32,000 nt of DNA from Methanocaldococcus jannaschii DSM 2661 (GCF_000091665.1 NC_000909.1:212871-244870), one strand, 5' to 3'. Positions 8,671 through 19,441 are shown, counted from the stretch's first letter. Notes: generated by a model from the sequence alone, not told the origin. Numbers and translations: made by a program.

Positions 8671-9921
8671 TTAATTAATAATTTCACCCTTAAACACTAC
8701 TGAAGGAGAAATTAACTTCCCTCTCTGTTCAACATCGTTTAATGGGATAGCTTCTTTAAACATCTCAAATATATTCCCTCCAAACATTCCTCTTTTAATT
8801 GGAATTATCTTCCCATTTTTGTAATAGTATGAGTTTTGAATCTCAACAGCAAAATCTCCAGTTATTGGATTTGATGTGTGAGAGCCAATAACTCCATTGA
8901 TATAAACATACTCATCAAAATCATCTAAGCTATTTTTTGTTTCTTTAATAATAAAGTTTGTTGGTGAAACATAAGGTAAAGAGCGATAACCTCTTGAAGC
9001 ATTTCCAGTTGATGTTTTTCCTTCTCTATTTGCTCTCTTTATATCATATAGGTAGTTTTTCAAAACTCCATTCTCAACCAAAACTGTTTTTTGGGTAGCT
9101 GTTCCTTCACCATCACACTTTGATGAGTATAGGGCATAATCTAAAGTCCCATCATCAATTATTGTTATATTCTCTCCAAAAATCTGCTCTCCTATCTTTC
9201 CTTTTAAAACACTCCTATCCCTCTGCACATTTTCAGCACTGAATGCTGGCATTAACGTATAGGATAACAAGTCATACAATGCCCTTGGTGATAAAACTAT
9301 ATTCCCTTTGTAAGATATGGCTTTTCCATTTGCTGACTTCTTAGCTAAATCCAATGCCCTATAGCTAATTTCTTCAACATCAAAAATGTTGTGCCTTGTT
9401 CTACATTCATAGGATGTTTCTCCATCATACATTATAGATATTGCCGCAGAGAAATAAGTATCTTGTTCTTCAACATCTACGCCGTTTGAATTTATCAATC
9501 TTGCATAGCCAACCTCTTTACTAACACCTCCACTCAAAACAATGGCATTATTATCTAAGGCAATATCTCTCATGGTTATTAAATCCTCTAACAATTTTTC
9601 TTCATCTAAATCCAAAATTTCTTTATAAAACATTCCTTTTGGTTCTTTATATTTTTGTGGATGGGCAAATTCAGTATATTTATCTTCAACTAAGTTTTTC
9701 ATTGCTTTATAAACAATATTTTCATCAAATTTATTTGCATAGGCAAAGCCAACTTTCCCATCCTTTATAACTCTAACTCCAATACCGTAAGAGATTCCAG
9801 TTTGAAAGCTATCTACACTCTTTCCATCTAAATCAACACTAACCTCATAGGATTTAACAAATAAAACTTCAGTTTCAAATCCTTCTTTTTCTCCAATTTT
9901 TATTAACTTTTCTAAATCCAT
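8671..9921 (-). CDS. pmbA: TldD/PmbA family protein
   Basis: 416 aa; SYGIGVRVIKDGKVGFAYANKFDE, LSPRALYDLLSYTLMPAFSAENVQRDRSVLKGKIGEQIF, NASRGYRSLPYVSPTNF. Confidence 0.85.
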   Translation of the reverse strand: MDLEKLIKIGEKEGFETEVLFVKSYEVSVDLDGKSVDSFQTGISYGIGVRVIKDGKVGFAYANKFDENIVYKAMKNLVEDKYTEFAHPQKYKEPKGMFYKEILDLDEEKLLEDLITMRDIALDNNAIVLSGGVSKEVGYARLINSNGVDVEEQDTYFSAAISIMYDGETSYECRTRHNIFDVEEISYRALDLAKKSANGKAISYKGNIVLSPRALYDLLSYTLMPAFSAENVQRDRSVLKGKIGEQIFGENITIIDDGTLDYALYSSKCDGEGTATQKTVLVENGVLKNYLYDIKRANREGKTSTGNASRGYRSLPYVSPTNFIIKETKNSLDDFDEYVYINGVIGSHTSNPITGDFAVEIQNSYYYKNGKIIPIKRGMFGGNIFEMFKEAIPLNDVEQRGKLISPSVVFKGEIIN

Positions 9922-10052
9922 AATCTCACCTAATTAAACATTAAAATAGAAAAAAAGTTGAAATATAGTTTCTTGTAAAACATTTTGAAAGAAACTTTTA
10001 GGAAAGATTGGATGAAAACCTTAAAACTTAGGTATTAAAAAATTAGAAAAAT

Positions 10053-11324
10053 TTAAAATGGACATCTAAAGTTTCTCCCAGCATATTTGCTTAATCCTAA
10101 CTCTTGCTCAATTCTTATCAACTGATTGTATTTAGCTGTTCTCTCCCCTCTTGCTGGAGCTCCAGTCTTTATTTGTCCAGAGTTCAAAGCAACTGACAAA
10201 TCAGCTATTGTTGTATCCTCAGTCTCTCCACTTCTATGTGAAACAACTACACCATAACCATTTCTAAATGCCAATTGAGCAGCATCAACTGCCTCACTTA
10301 AAGTTCCAATCTGATTGACTTTCAAAAGCAGAGCGTTAGCAGCCTTCATCTCAATACCTTTTCTAAGCCTTTCAACATTTGTAACAAACAAGTCATCTCC
10401 AACTATCTGTATATCTAATTCTTTAGTTATCATTGCAAAGCCTTCAAAATCTTCCTCATGGAATGGGTCTTCAATTGAGACTATTGGATATTCATCAACT
10501 AATGCTTTATAGTAATCTAAAAGCTCCTCTCTTGTTAATTTTTTACCTTCAACGTAATAATATCCATCTTTATAAAACTCTGAGGCAGCAGCATCTAATG
10601 CAAAGACAACCTCATCCTCATACCCAGCCTTTTTAACACTCTCAGTTAATAAATCTAAAGCCTCCCTTGATGTTTTTAATGGTGGAGCAAAACCTCCCTC
10701 ATCTCCAACATTTACAGCATTTTTTCCATATTTTTCTAAGATGACATTTTTTAAGACATGATAAACTTCTGAACCCATCCTTACAGCTTCAGAAATTGAT
10801 GTAGCTCCAACTGGCATTATCATGAACTCTTGCAAATCTAAATCATTCCCAGCGTGTTTTCCTCCATTTATAACGTTCATCATTGGAACTGGCATGACAT
10901 AGGAGTTAAATCCCCCCAAGTATTTATAGAGAGGGATTTTTGCTGTTGCTGCTGCTGCCTTTGCTACAGCTAAAGAAACAGCCAATATGGCATTAGCTCC
11001 CAATCTTGATTTATTTGGAGTACCATCTAATTCTATCATTATTGTATCTATTTCTCTCTGCATTCTTGCATCATAACCTAAAATCTCTGGTCTAATTATT
11101 GAATTTACATTTTCAACAGCCATTAAAACTCCTTTTCCACCAAATCTCTTTTCTTTATCCCTCAACTCTAATGCCTCATGTGTTCCAGTTGATGCACCAC
11201 TTGGAACAATTGCTGAACCGTAACCATTCCCTTTTGTTATAACTTCCACTTCAACTGTTGGGTTTCCTCTTGAGTCAATTACTTCTCTTGCAACAATATC
11301 TTTAATTTCAAATCTCTCATCCAT
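10053..11324 (-). CDS. eno: Enolase
   Basis: [28 protein letters not shown] ... [46 protein letters not shown]. Start Met placed at MDERFEI. Confidence 0.98.
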
Positions 11325-11407
11325 ATTATATAACAAATTATCACCTAATAGATATTTTTAAATACTTTAATTATGAATTTTTATAATAAACTTGGAGGTG
11401 AAGTTAT

Positions 11408-12241
11408 ATGGGAACTATTGAGAGTTATTTAACGAACTCATATAACTATATTATCTTTAACTTTAAAAAGTTATGTATTGGGGGCTTAATGAGTGCCATA
11501 GTTGGAGCAATGAGTGGAGTCACTACTGCATTTATTGATTTATTTATGGAAAGGGCTAATTATGACATTATGCATATTATAATGTCATTTTTAATTTATT
11601 TTGGGATAATTTTTATCATTGGGCTAATTGTTTCTGCTATTATAGGAGGATACAATGTGAGAATTATGAAGACTACTGTTGAAGGATTAAATGTAGCTCC
11701 TGATTGGAATAACATTACTGATTTGCTGTATAGGGGAATACTATATATTGTTGGGTTAGTTTTATTAAATATTATATTTTACTTTATCCCAGCAATTTTA
11801 TTTGTTTTTGGAATATTTTCACTATACATTAGCAAAATTATTGGGGCTTTCCTTATTATAATCTCAATACTAATTTTTATAATTTCAGTAATTAGTTTAT
11901 GGCTTTATTCTAAGTTGGCAGAGGTTAATTATTCAGTTAAAGGATTTTATGGATTCTTTGAATTTAAAGAAATATTTAAGATGATTGGGATAAGATACAT
12001 AATCTTAGTGATTATCATAGCAATTATTAATTTTATAATAAGTCTAATAGTTGTTTTACCACTTAATATTATTGATATATTTATCTCATATTCAGCATTA
12101 GCTAACAGTATTTTAACAATAATTTATATATCAATAAAGGGAATATCTTACGCATTATCAACATTTGTTGATTTCTATTTAGGTGTGTTTTCAATAAGGG
12201 CAGTTGCATTATACTATAAAGATAGAAAGGGGATAACATGA
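11408..12241 (+). CDS. Multi-pass membrane protein, DUF4013-like
   Basis: 277 aa with several hydrophobic segments; N-terminus [27 protein letters not shown]. Confidence 0.6.
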
Positions 12242-13248
12242 TAACTGAGGCATTAAAAAAGGTTATTGAATTTAAGGATTTAGATGAAAAAGAGGCAGAG
12301 GCTGTTATGAAAGACATCATGAGTGGAAATGCAAAACCTACACAAATAGCTGCTATCTTAACAGCTTTAAGAATGAAAGGAGAAACTATAGAAGAAATAA
12401 CTGCCTTTGCAAAGATTATGAGAGAATTTTCACTAAAAATAAATCCTAATGTTCCTAAGCTTTTAGATACTTGCGGAACTGGAGGAGATAATTTAAACAC
12501 ATTCAATATAAGCACTGCCACAGCCTTTGTAGTCTCTGCCTATGTTCCAGTTGCAAAGCATGGAAATAAAGCAGTGAGCAGTAAAAGTGGAAGTGCTGAC
12601 GTCTTAGAGGCATTAGGAGTTAATCTAAATGTTCCTATTGAGAGGGTTAAAGAATCTATAGAGAAAATTGGCATTGGGTTTTTGTTTGCCCCTCACTTTC
12701 ACCCAGCGATGAAGTTCGCTACACCAGTTAGGAAGGAGTTGGGGATAAGGACTGTTTTTAATGTATTAGGACCTTTAACAAATCCAGCTAACGCTAATTA
12801 TCAACTAATGGGAGTTTATGATGAAAAATTGACGGAGAAATTGGCAAATGTTTTAAAGAATTTGGGATTGAAGGGGGCTTTAGTAGTACATGGTAGTGGA
12901 ATGGACGAAATCACTACTATAGGAAAAACAAAAATATCTGAGTTAAGAAATGGGGAGATAAAAAGCTATTACATTGAACCAGAGGATTTTGGCATTAAAA
13001 AAGCTAAGTTAGAAGATATTAGAGGGGGAGATGCTGAAGAAAATGCCAAGATAATTGGGGAGATATTTGAAGGTGAGGAGGTTGGAGCTAAGAGGGATAT
13101 TGTTGTCTTAAATGCTGCCTTTGCCCTATATATTGCTGAAGAGGCTAAAGATGTTGAAGAGGGTATTAAATTAGCTGAAAAATCCATTGATGAAGGTAAA
13201 GCGTTAAAAAAATTAGAGGATTTAATTGAATTCTATAGAGAGGGTTAA
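12238..13248 (+). CDS. trpD: Anthranilate phosphoribosyltransferase
   Basis: [82 protein letters not shown]. Confidence 0.95.
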
Positions 13249-13250
13249 GT

Positions 13251-13499
13251 ATGGAAAAATTAATAATAAACTCAATGAAAAAGGTATTTTTAGAAGAGCT
13301 GAAAGATCTTGAGAATGAATTAAATCAAATTTTTAAAAAATATAATGTTAAAAGTAAAGATGAGCTTAAAAAGAAAATAGCTAATGGAGAAATTAAAGAA
13401 GAGCAAATTAAAGATGACTTAGAGAGAATTGAATTTTTAGAGGAGAATATAGAGAGGGTTATGAAGTGTTTAAGAGAGATAAATGTGAAATCATTATAA
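13251..13499 (+). CDS. Small coiled-coil protein of unknown function
   Basis: 82 aa Glu/Lys-rich, tightly packed between trpD and thiD. Confidence 0.6.
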   Translation: MEKLIINSMKKVFLEELKDLENELNQIFKKYNVKSKDELKKKIANGEIKEEQIKDDLERIEFLEENIERVMKCLREINVKSL

Positions 13500-13503
13500 A
13501 ATT

Positions 13504-14769
13504 TTGGTGATTTTAATGGTTATTTTAGCTATTGGTGGCTACGACCCTACAAGTGGAGCTGGCATCTCTGCTGATATAAAAACAGCCCATACATTGGGAG
13601 TTTATTGCCCAACAATAACAACATCAGTAATTCCTCAAAATAATAAAATGGTTTATGAAAAGTTTGATTTACCAGAGGAGAATATAAAAAATCAGTTTAA
13701 GGCCGTTTTTGAGGAGTTTGATATTGAATATGTTAAGACTGGAGTTTTAACAAAACCAGCTATCGATACTCTGCTAAAATATATTGACAAGTATGATTTA
13801 AAAGTTATATGCGACCCGGTTCTTGCATCTACAACAAAGTTTTCATTTGTTGATGAAAAGTTGATGGAAAAATATATTGAGCTTTTTAATAAGAGCTTTT
13901 TAATAACTCCTAACAAAGAAGAATATAAGAAAATCATGGAATTTATAAAAAATAACAATCTGATGATTAGAAATGATTTATACATCTTAGCTACTGGCAT
14001 TGATGACATTTTAATGAAAAATTTTAAACCTATAAAGACATTTAAAGGATTTAGAGTTGATAAAGAAGTTCATGGAACTGGTTGTGTTTATTCAACAGCT
14101 ATAACTGCTTTTTTATCTAAGGGCTATGATTTAGAAGAGGCAATTAAAGAGGCAAAGAGATTTGTTTTATCTTCAGTTATCTATGCCAAAAAATCAAAGT
14201 TTGGCTATAACTCTAACCCAACTTATATCAATAAAGAAAAAGTGATAAAAAACCTTAGCTATGCCATATATTTATTAAAAAAGATGAACTTTACGTTAAT
14301 CCCAGAGGTTGGTAGTAATATAGCTGAGTCTCTACCATTTCCAAAAGATTTTAAGGATGTTGCTGCATTAACTGGAAGGATAATAAAAAATAAGCTTGGA
14401 GGTTTTTATATTGTTGGAGATATTGAGTTTGGAGCTTCTGAGCATATAGCAAAGATAATTTTATCTGCAAGCAAATTCAACCCAGAGATAAGGGCTTGCA
14501 TGAATATAAAATATGATGGGGGGTTAATAAAGTTGTTGAAGGATAAATTTGCAGTTTCTTCATTTGATAGAAAAGAAGAGCCGCCAAATGTCTCAACTAT
14601 GGAATGGGGAACAAAAATAGCTTGTGAAAAATTTGGTGGAGTTCCAGACATTATTTATGATAGGGGAGGGGAAGGAAAAGAGCCGATGATTAGAGTTTTA
14701 GGTAGAGATGCTATTGAAGTTGTTAAAAAAGTTGAAGTTATTCAAAAGATATATAACACATTAATGTAA
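13504..14769 (+). CDS. thiD: Bifunctional hydroxymethylpyrimidine (phosphate) kinase ThiD fused to ThiN-type thiamine-phosphate synthase domain
   Basis: LAIGGYDPTSGAGISADIKTAHTLGVY (ThiD), GFRVDKEVHGTGCVYSTAITAFLSKGYDLEEAIKEAK; C-terminal AESLPFPKDFKDVAALTGRIIKNKLGG...MEWGTKIACEKFGGVPDIIYDRGGEGKEPMIRVLGRDAIEVVKKV (ThiN). ATG at 13516 is an alternative start. Confidence 0.92.
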   Translation: MVILMVILAIGGYDPTSGAGISADIKTAHTLGVYCPTITTSVIPQNNKMVYEKFDLPEENIKNQFKAVFEEFDIEYVKTGVLTKPAIDTLLKYIDKYDLKVICDPVLASTTKFSFVDEKLMEKYIELFNKSFLITPNKEEYKKIMEFIKNNNLMIRNDLYILATGIDDILMKNFKPIKTFKGFRVDKEVHGTGCVYSTAITAFLSKGYDLEEAIKEAKRFVLSSVIYAKKSKFGYNSNPTYINKEKVIKNLSYAIYLLKKMNFTLIPEVGSNIAESLPFPKDFKDVAALTGRIIKNKLGGFYIVGDIEFGASEHIAKIILSASKFNPEIRACMNIKYDGGLIKLLKDKFAVSSFDRKEEPPNVSTMEWGTKIACEKFGGVPDIIYDRGGEGKEPMIRVLGRDAIEVVKKVEVIQKIYNTLM

Positions 14770-14833
14770 ATATTTAAACATTTTAATTAAATTTTATAAA
14801 ATTATAAAACTAAACCTTTTAGAAATCAAAAAA

Positions 14834-14910
14834 TGGTGGACTGGGCGGGATTTGAACCCGCGGCCTCCGCACAGCCAATGCGGCGCTCTCCCAGTCTGAG
14901 CTACCAGCCC
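14834..14910 (-). tRNA. tRNA-Ala (anticodon GGC), CCA encoded
   Basis: Minus strand GGGCTGG...CCAGTCC acceptor with the Ala-defining G3-U70, anticodon arm CCGCA-TTGGCTG-TGCGG, T-loop TTCAAAT, ACCA. Confidence 0.97.
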
Positions 14911-14915
14911 ACAAA

Positions 14916-15017
14916 ACAATCAATCATCAAAGTTTAGGTATGTAATTAAATTTATTTAAAAACCCATTGGGTTTTTATATTTTCCATAGTAAATAAGTTT
15001 ATTTGATGATTGATTGT
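14916..15017. repeat. 16-bp perfect inverted repeat pair enclosing about 70 bp, upstream of tRNA-Ala
   Basis: ACAATCAATCATCAAA at 14916-14931 and TTTGATGATTGATTGT at 15002-15017; internal hairpin AAAACCC-AT-TGGGTTTT near 14958-14976. Confidence 0.75.
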
Positions 15018-15149
15018 AGCAGTGTTCTTATAATATCATCTTCATATATAAACTTTTCTATCATTTATTTAAATTAATAAATTAAAAAGAAGGTATTTAA
15101 AGAAAATCCCCAATTTTTAAATTAAATAAAAAATGAGAGAGGGAAGACT

Positions 15150-16850
15150 ATGGATATCAAAAGTAATATCATCAATGCATTAAAAGAAGTAATTAGCAAA
15201 GAGATATGTAAAGAGATTGACATAAAGTTGGATAAAACACCAAACTTAGAGTTAGGAGATTATTCTGTAAATATCTGCTTCAGATTAGCTAAAGAGCTAA
15301 AAAAGAATCCAAAAATTATTGCTGAAGAGTTGGTAGATAAGTTAAAAGCTATGAACATTGAAGGAGTTAAAGAGATAAAGGCAGTCAATGGATATATAAA
15401 CTTCTATATTGATTATAACAAATTTGCTAAAAATTTAATGGAAGAGATTGATAAAAAAGGAAATAATTATGGTAGAGGAGATAAAAAATCTATAAAAATC
15501 ATCTTAGAACATACATCAGCAAATCCAAATGGGCCTTTACATATTGGACATTTAAGAAATGCCATTATTGGAGATTGTTTAAAGAGAATATTAGAATTCT
15601 ATGGATATGATGTTGAAACCCACTACTATGTAAATGATATGGGTAGGCAGATGGCTTTGGTTGTTTATGGAATTGAATTATTTGGTTTAGACAAAGAAAA
15701 AAAGAAAGACCATGCAATTGCTGAAACTTATGTAAAAATTAATAAATATTTGGAAGAGCATCCAGAAGAGGAAGAAAAGATTCTTGAATTAATGAGAAAG
15801 TATGAAGATGCTTTAGAAAACAATGAAGATAATGAAATAACTAAAAAATTTGAATTTGCAGTAAATTATGCATTGGATGGAATAAAAGAGACATTAAAGA
15901 ATTTAAATATTAAGCATGATACCTTTGTTTGGGAAAGCTCTTATGTAAGAAATGGAATGGTTAAAAAGGTTATAGAAAAATTAATGGAAACTGGAAAGGT
16001 AATTAAAGAAGAAACCTATATGCTTGATTTATCAGACTTTGGCATTGAAAAGAAAATGGTTTTAGCAAGGGCAAACGGAACAAGCTTGTATTCAACAAGA
16101 GATATTGCCTATCACTTAGATAAGTTATCAAAGTGCGATATAGGAATAGATGTCTTAGGGGCTGACCACAAATTAACGGCAGAGATGGTTAAAGCAGCTT
16201 TAAAACTCCTTGGAAGCAAAGTGCCAGAAGTTATATTCTATGAATTCATCTCCCTTCCAGAAGGTTCAATGAGTACAAGAAGAGGAAGATTTATAAGTAC
16301 CGATGAGTTGTTAGAAGAGGCGATAAAAAGGGCTAAAGAAGAGTGTAATAAGAGAGGTGTTGAGGAAAATATTGCCTATGATATTGGATTAGGGGCAGTT
16401 AGATACAACATTGCAAGAATTTCTCCTGAAAAGCCAATGGTATTTAGATGGGAAGAAGCCTTAGACTTTGAAAAAGTTGGATGTCCATTTATACAGTATG
16501 CACACGCAAGATGTTGCAGTATTTTAAAAGAAGCGGAAAATAAAGGAGTTAAAGATGAAGCAGTATTTAACTATGAACTAACCAGTGAGGAGAAAGAATT
16601 AATTAAGATGTTGGATGAATTTAAGGATATAATTAAAGAGAGTGCTGAAAGTAGAAGAGTACATATATTAGCCAACTACTTATTAGAGCTTGCCAAGGCA
16701 TTCAATAGATTTTACGCAAACTGTCCAATTTTAATGACAAAAGTTGATGATGATGTTAAAAAATCAAGATTAAAGTTGGTTAAAAGCACTAAGACAGTAT
16801 TAGAGACAGGTTTAGAATTGTTAGGAATAAATTGCCCAGGAAGGATGTAG
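15150..16850 (+). CDS. argS: Arginyl-tRNA synthetase
   Basis: [35 protein letters not shown] ... [18 protein letters not shown] ... [17 protein letters not shown]. Confidence 0.97.
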   Translation: MDIKSNIINALKEVISKEICKEIDIKLDKTPNLELGDYSVNICFRLAKELKKNPKIIAEELVDKLKAMNIEGVKEIKAVNGYINFYIDYNKFAKNLMEEIDKKGNNYGRGDKKSIKIILEHTSANPNGPLHIGHLRNAIIGDCLKRILEFYGYDVETHYYVNDMGRQMALVVYGIELFGLDKEKKKDHAIAETYVKINKYLEEHPEEEEKILELMRKYEDALENNEDNEITKKFEFAVNYALDGIKETLKNLNIKHDTFVWESSYVRNGMVKKVIEKLMETGKVIKEETYMLDLSDFGIEKKMVLARANGTSLYSTRDIAYHLDKLSKCDIGIDVLGADHKLTAEMVKAALKLLGSKVPEVIFYEFISLPEGSMSTRRGRFISTDELLEEAIKRAKEECNKRGVEENIAYDIGLGAVRYNIARISPEKPMVFRWEEALDFEKVGCPFIQYAHARCCSILKEAENKGVKDEAVFNYELTSEEKELIKMLDEFKDIIKESAESRRVHILANYLLELAKAFNRFYANCPILMTKVDDDVKKSRLKLVKSTKTVLETGLELLGINCPGRM

Positions 16851-16981
16851 GATGTAAAATTATTTAATTATTTTTTGTACTAAATTTTTAAGATTTTTAT
16901 AGTAAAAGGTGATTATTATCCTTTATAATTATGTCTTATATTTTAATGTTAGGATGGGACAATTTTGGGGGATTGATTTAA

Positions 16982-17575
16982 ATGGAGGTTAAAAAAGTGC
17001 TTGTTATCGACAATATTGACTCATTTGTCTGGAATTTAGTCCAATATGTAGGGACTTTAGGGTATAAAGTTAAGTTAGTGGATAACAAAATCACATTAGA
17101 TGAAATAAAGAAAATAAATCCAGATAGAATAATTATAAGCCCAGGACCAAAAACTCCAAAAGAGGCTGGAAATTGTATAAAGATTATTCAAGAGGTAGAT
17201 ATTCCAATATTGGGAGTTTGTTTAGGACATCAGTGTATTGTTGAGGCGTTTGGTGGAGAGGTTGGGAGAGCAAAGAGAGTTATGCATGGAAAGGCAAGTT
17301 TAATAAATCATGATGGAGAAGGTATCTTTAAAGACATTCCCAATCCATTCTATGGAGGAAGGTATCATTCTTTAATAGCTAAAGAAGTTCCAAAAGAGTT
17401 AAAAATAACTGCTAAGAGTTTAGATGATAACTATATTATGGGAGTTAGGCATAAAAAGCTACCAATTGAAGGTGTTCAGTTCCATCCGGAGAGTATATTA
17501 ACTGAATCAGATAACTTAAAATTCCCAGATTTGGGCTTAAAACTTATTAAAAATTTTGTTGAAAGTGAATATTAA
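16982..17575 (+). CDS. trpG: Anthranilate synthase component II (glutamine amidotransferase)
   Basis: VLVIDNIDSFVWNLVQYVGTLG, IISPGPKTPKEAGNC, ILGVCLGHQCIVEAFGGEVGRA, GVQFHPESILTE. Confidence 0.92.
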   Translation: MEVKKVLVIDNIDSFVWNLVQYVGTLGYKVKLVDNKITLDEIKKINPDRIIISPGPKTPKEAGNCIKIIQEVDIPILGVCLGHQCIVEAFGGEVGRAKRVMHGKASLINHDGEGIFKDIPNPFYGGRYHSLIAKEVPKELKITAKSLDDNYIMGVRHKKLPIEGVQFHPESILTESDNLKFPDLGLKLIKNFVESEY

Positions 17576-17623
17576 CTTCTTAAAATTAGTTAAAAATTTA
17601 AAAATTTCAAAAAGAAATCTTAA

Positions 17624-18118
17624 GTGAAAAATATGGATGTTTATGAAATACTATACCAATTTTGCTTAGAATATGAAGTATTGTTAGATGATGAAAAAAT
17701 CCCCCTATGGAAATTAAAAAAAGAAGATTTAGATAAGGTTGATTTAGATTTACCTTGGACTTCTATTAGAGATTTAGCCATCTATTTATATGAGCTAAAA
17801 AAGAAACAACAAAACTCTAAAGAACTTATTAAATGTGATATAGTGGAGATTTTAGTAGGAATTGCTTTATTAAAGCCAGAGGAAGGAAGCAATTACATGG
17901 GACTTGTTACGGAAGATATGTGTCTAACATATTTAAGTGAGCTTATAACTGCAAGAATCAACTGTATAGCAAGATACTACTATATGATGAAAAAGCCACA
18001 AAACACAAATATATTTGACGAAATAATATTAAAATTTCCTCAAAAAAAGGACATAAGAGCTTCTAACATAAACGATTTAAGGGAGTTAGTTGGAAAAATT
18101 AGAAATTATTTTAAATAA
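17624..18118 (+). CDS. Uncharacterised all-alpha protein
   Basis: 164 aa ORF directly after trpG; no motif recognised. Confidence 0.65.
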   Translation: MKNMDVYEILYQFCLEYEVLLDDEKIPLWKLKKEDLDKVDLDLPWTSIRDLAIYLYELKKKQQNSKELIKCDIVEILVGIALLKPEEGSNYMGLVTEDMCLTYLSELITARINCIARYYYMMKKPQNTNIFDEIILKFPQKKDIRASNINDLRELVGKIRNYFK

Positions 18119-18119
18119 T

Positions 18120-18218
18120 CTAAAAACCCATTAAAAATACTGGAATTATTGATAACATCATAACTAAAGCTACAAATATCGCCAATATTTGCCTCTTACC
18201 TATTTTTGTTTTTTTCAT
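18120..18218 (-). CDS. 32-aa small membrane peptide (absent from supplied ORF track)
   Basis: MKKTKIGKRQILAIFVALVMMLSIIPVFLMGF*. Basic N-terminus plus one hydrophobic helix, AAGGGGAT SD, ATG overlapping the stop codon of the upstream CYTH gene (TAATG). Confidence 0.6.
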   Translation of the reverse strand: MKKTKIGKRQILAIFVALVMMLSIIPVFLMGF

Positions 18219-18745
18219 TATAATCCCCTTAGCTCCAAGTATGATTTTCTAATGATATTGTCTTTACTAATATTTAAAGCTTTCAGTATCTCCATCATCT
18301 CCTCTAAAACCTTATCTTTTTCATTAATATCTGATATTGACTTTTCTAATTCTAAGAATAAGCCAAGACCCTCAACATCATCAATACTTGCCTCTATATC
18401 CTCCTTTTTGTAAATCTCCCTAATCTTTCTGATTGGTGGAACTTCTTTAAATCCAAGTTTTTTAAATATTTGCCTCATCTTTTCTTTATCCTCTATTTTT
18501 ACTTCAATCTCTTCTCTTGTTTTTGATATTTTATCTATTTTTGGACCTTTATAGGTAACAAAGAAATTTCCATCCTCATCCCTAATTCTCAAAGCTTCAT
18601 CAGTTTCTCTAAAGTCCCTATCAATTCCATTGAAATAAATATCCTCCTGAAATTTCTTCTTGATAAATTTAAATCCAAGTTTTTTTAATTGCTCTACAAC
18701 TTTATTTTTATCATCAATTTTTACCTTAATCTCAACCTCTATCAT
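18218..18745 (-). CDS. cyaB: CYTH-domain protein (class IV adenylate cyclase/ThTPase-like)
   Basis: MIEVEIKVKIDDKNKVVEQLKKLGFKF ... DIYFNGIDRDFRETDEALRIRDEDGNFFVTYKGPK ... ASIDDVEGLGLFLELE. Confidence 0.88.
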   Translation of the reverse strand: MIEVEIKVKIDDKNKVVEQLKKLGFKFIKKKFQEDIYFNGIDRDFRETDEALRIRDEDGNFFVTYKGPKIDKISKTREEIEVKIEDKEKMRQIFKKLGFKEVPPIRKIREIYKKEDIEASIDDVEGLGLFLELEKSISDINEKDKVLEEMMEILKALNISKDNIIRKSYLELRGL

Positions 18746-18751
18746 AACAAC

Positions 18752-19189
18752 TCACCAAAGAATGGAGATTTTTTCAACCACATCCTCCAAAGTATTTTTT
18801 ATCTCATCCTTATCTACATTTTCCACAACTAAGTAAATAATTACCTCATCTCCTTCTCTCTCAAGGACTGTTGATGTTATATTGCCCCCAATCTTTGATA
18901 TTCTTGAAGTTATATCAGCTAACAAACCAATCCTATCCTTAGCAACAATCTGCAATTTTAAAGATCCTAAGGTAATTTCTCCTTTTTCTAACAAATATAA
19001 CCCTTCTTTTGTTAATCTAACTCCTCCATTTCTACCTTTTTTTGTTTCCACTAATCCCAAATCTCTTAAAACTCTAATTTTAACATCTAAGTTTTTTGGA
19101 TGCATGTTTAGTTTTTTAGCAAGTTCTTTAATTGTTATTGGCTCTTTTAAATGTTCCATAATTTTTTTGGTTAAGCCAACAACTTTCAT
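18752..19189 (-). CDS. Winged-helix regulator with C-terminal ACT domain
   Basis: IMEHLKEPITIKELAKKLNMHPKNLDVKIRVLRDLGLVETKKG then LQIVAKDRIGLLADITSRISKIGGNITSTVLE (ACT). Confidence 0.8.
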   Translation of the reverse strand: MKVVGLTKKIMEHLKEPITIKELAKKLNMHPKNLDVKIRVLRDLGLVETKKGRNGGVRLTKEGLYLLEKGEITLGSLKLQIVAKDRIGLLADITSRISKIGGNITSTVLEREGDEVIIYLVVENVDKDEIKNTLEDVVEKISILW

Positions 19190-19256
19190 AATCTCACAAT
19201 TTATTTAAATTAATTGATTAATTTTTCTATAAAAATAAAATAAGGAAAGTAAAAAA

Positions 19257-19325
19257 TTATGACCTAGCTCTCTTTCTCTCTCTCTTTAACCTTCTTAATC
19301 TTTTCTTGTACCACTTCCATCTCAT
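19257..19325 (-). CDS. rpl41e: Ribosomal protein eL41 (absent from supplied ORF track)
   Basis: [22 protein letters not shown], closely resembling the eukaryotic L41 pattern M-R-x-K-W-x-K-K-R-x-R-R-L-K-R. In-frame upstream extension [13 protein letters not shown]- reaches a GAGGGTGAT SD-like site near 19369-19377, with ATA at 19362-19364. Confidence 0.85.
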   Translation of the reverse strand: MRWKWYKKRLRRLKRERKRARS

Positions 19326-19441
19326 TCTTCCTTTCTTTTTCCATCTTCTTGAACTCCTCTTTATGGTATCACCCTCTTATCTTGTTTTTTAAATTTTTAC
19401 CTACAATAATATGAAACCATTACTTAAACTTTTTGGTTTTG

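Noticed and set aside
9967-9996. Inverted repeat AGTTTCTT...AAGAAACT downstream of eno
   Set aside because: Possible terminator-related structure, but 8-bp AT-rich arms with a 14-nt loop are within chance for this composition.
10315-10636. Plus-strand ORFs 10315-10512 and 10433-10636
   Set aside because: Antisense to enolase; no independent support.
16982-17575. Possibility that this is the GuaA glutaminase subunit rather than TrpG
   Set aside because: IDNIDSFVWNLVQYV plus SPGPKTPKEAG fits TrpG/PabA much better than GMP synthase subunit A.
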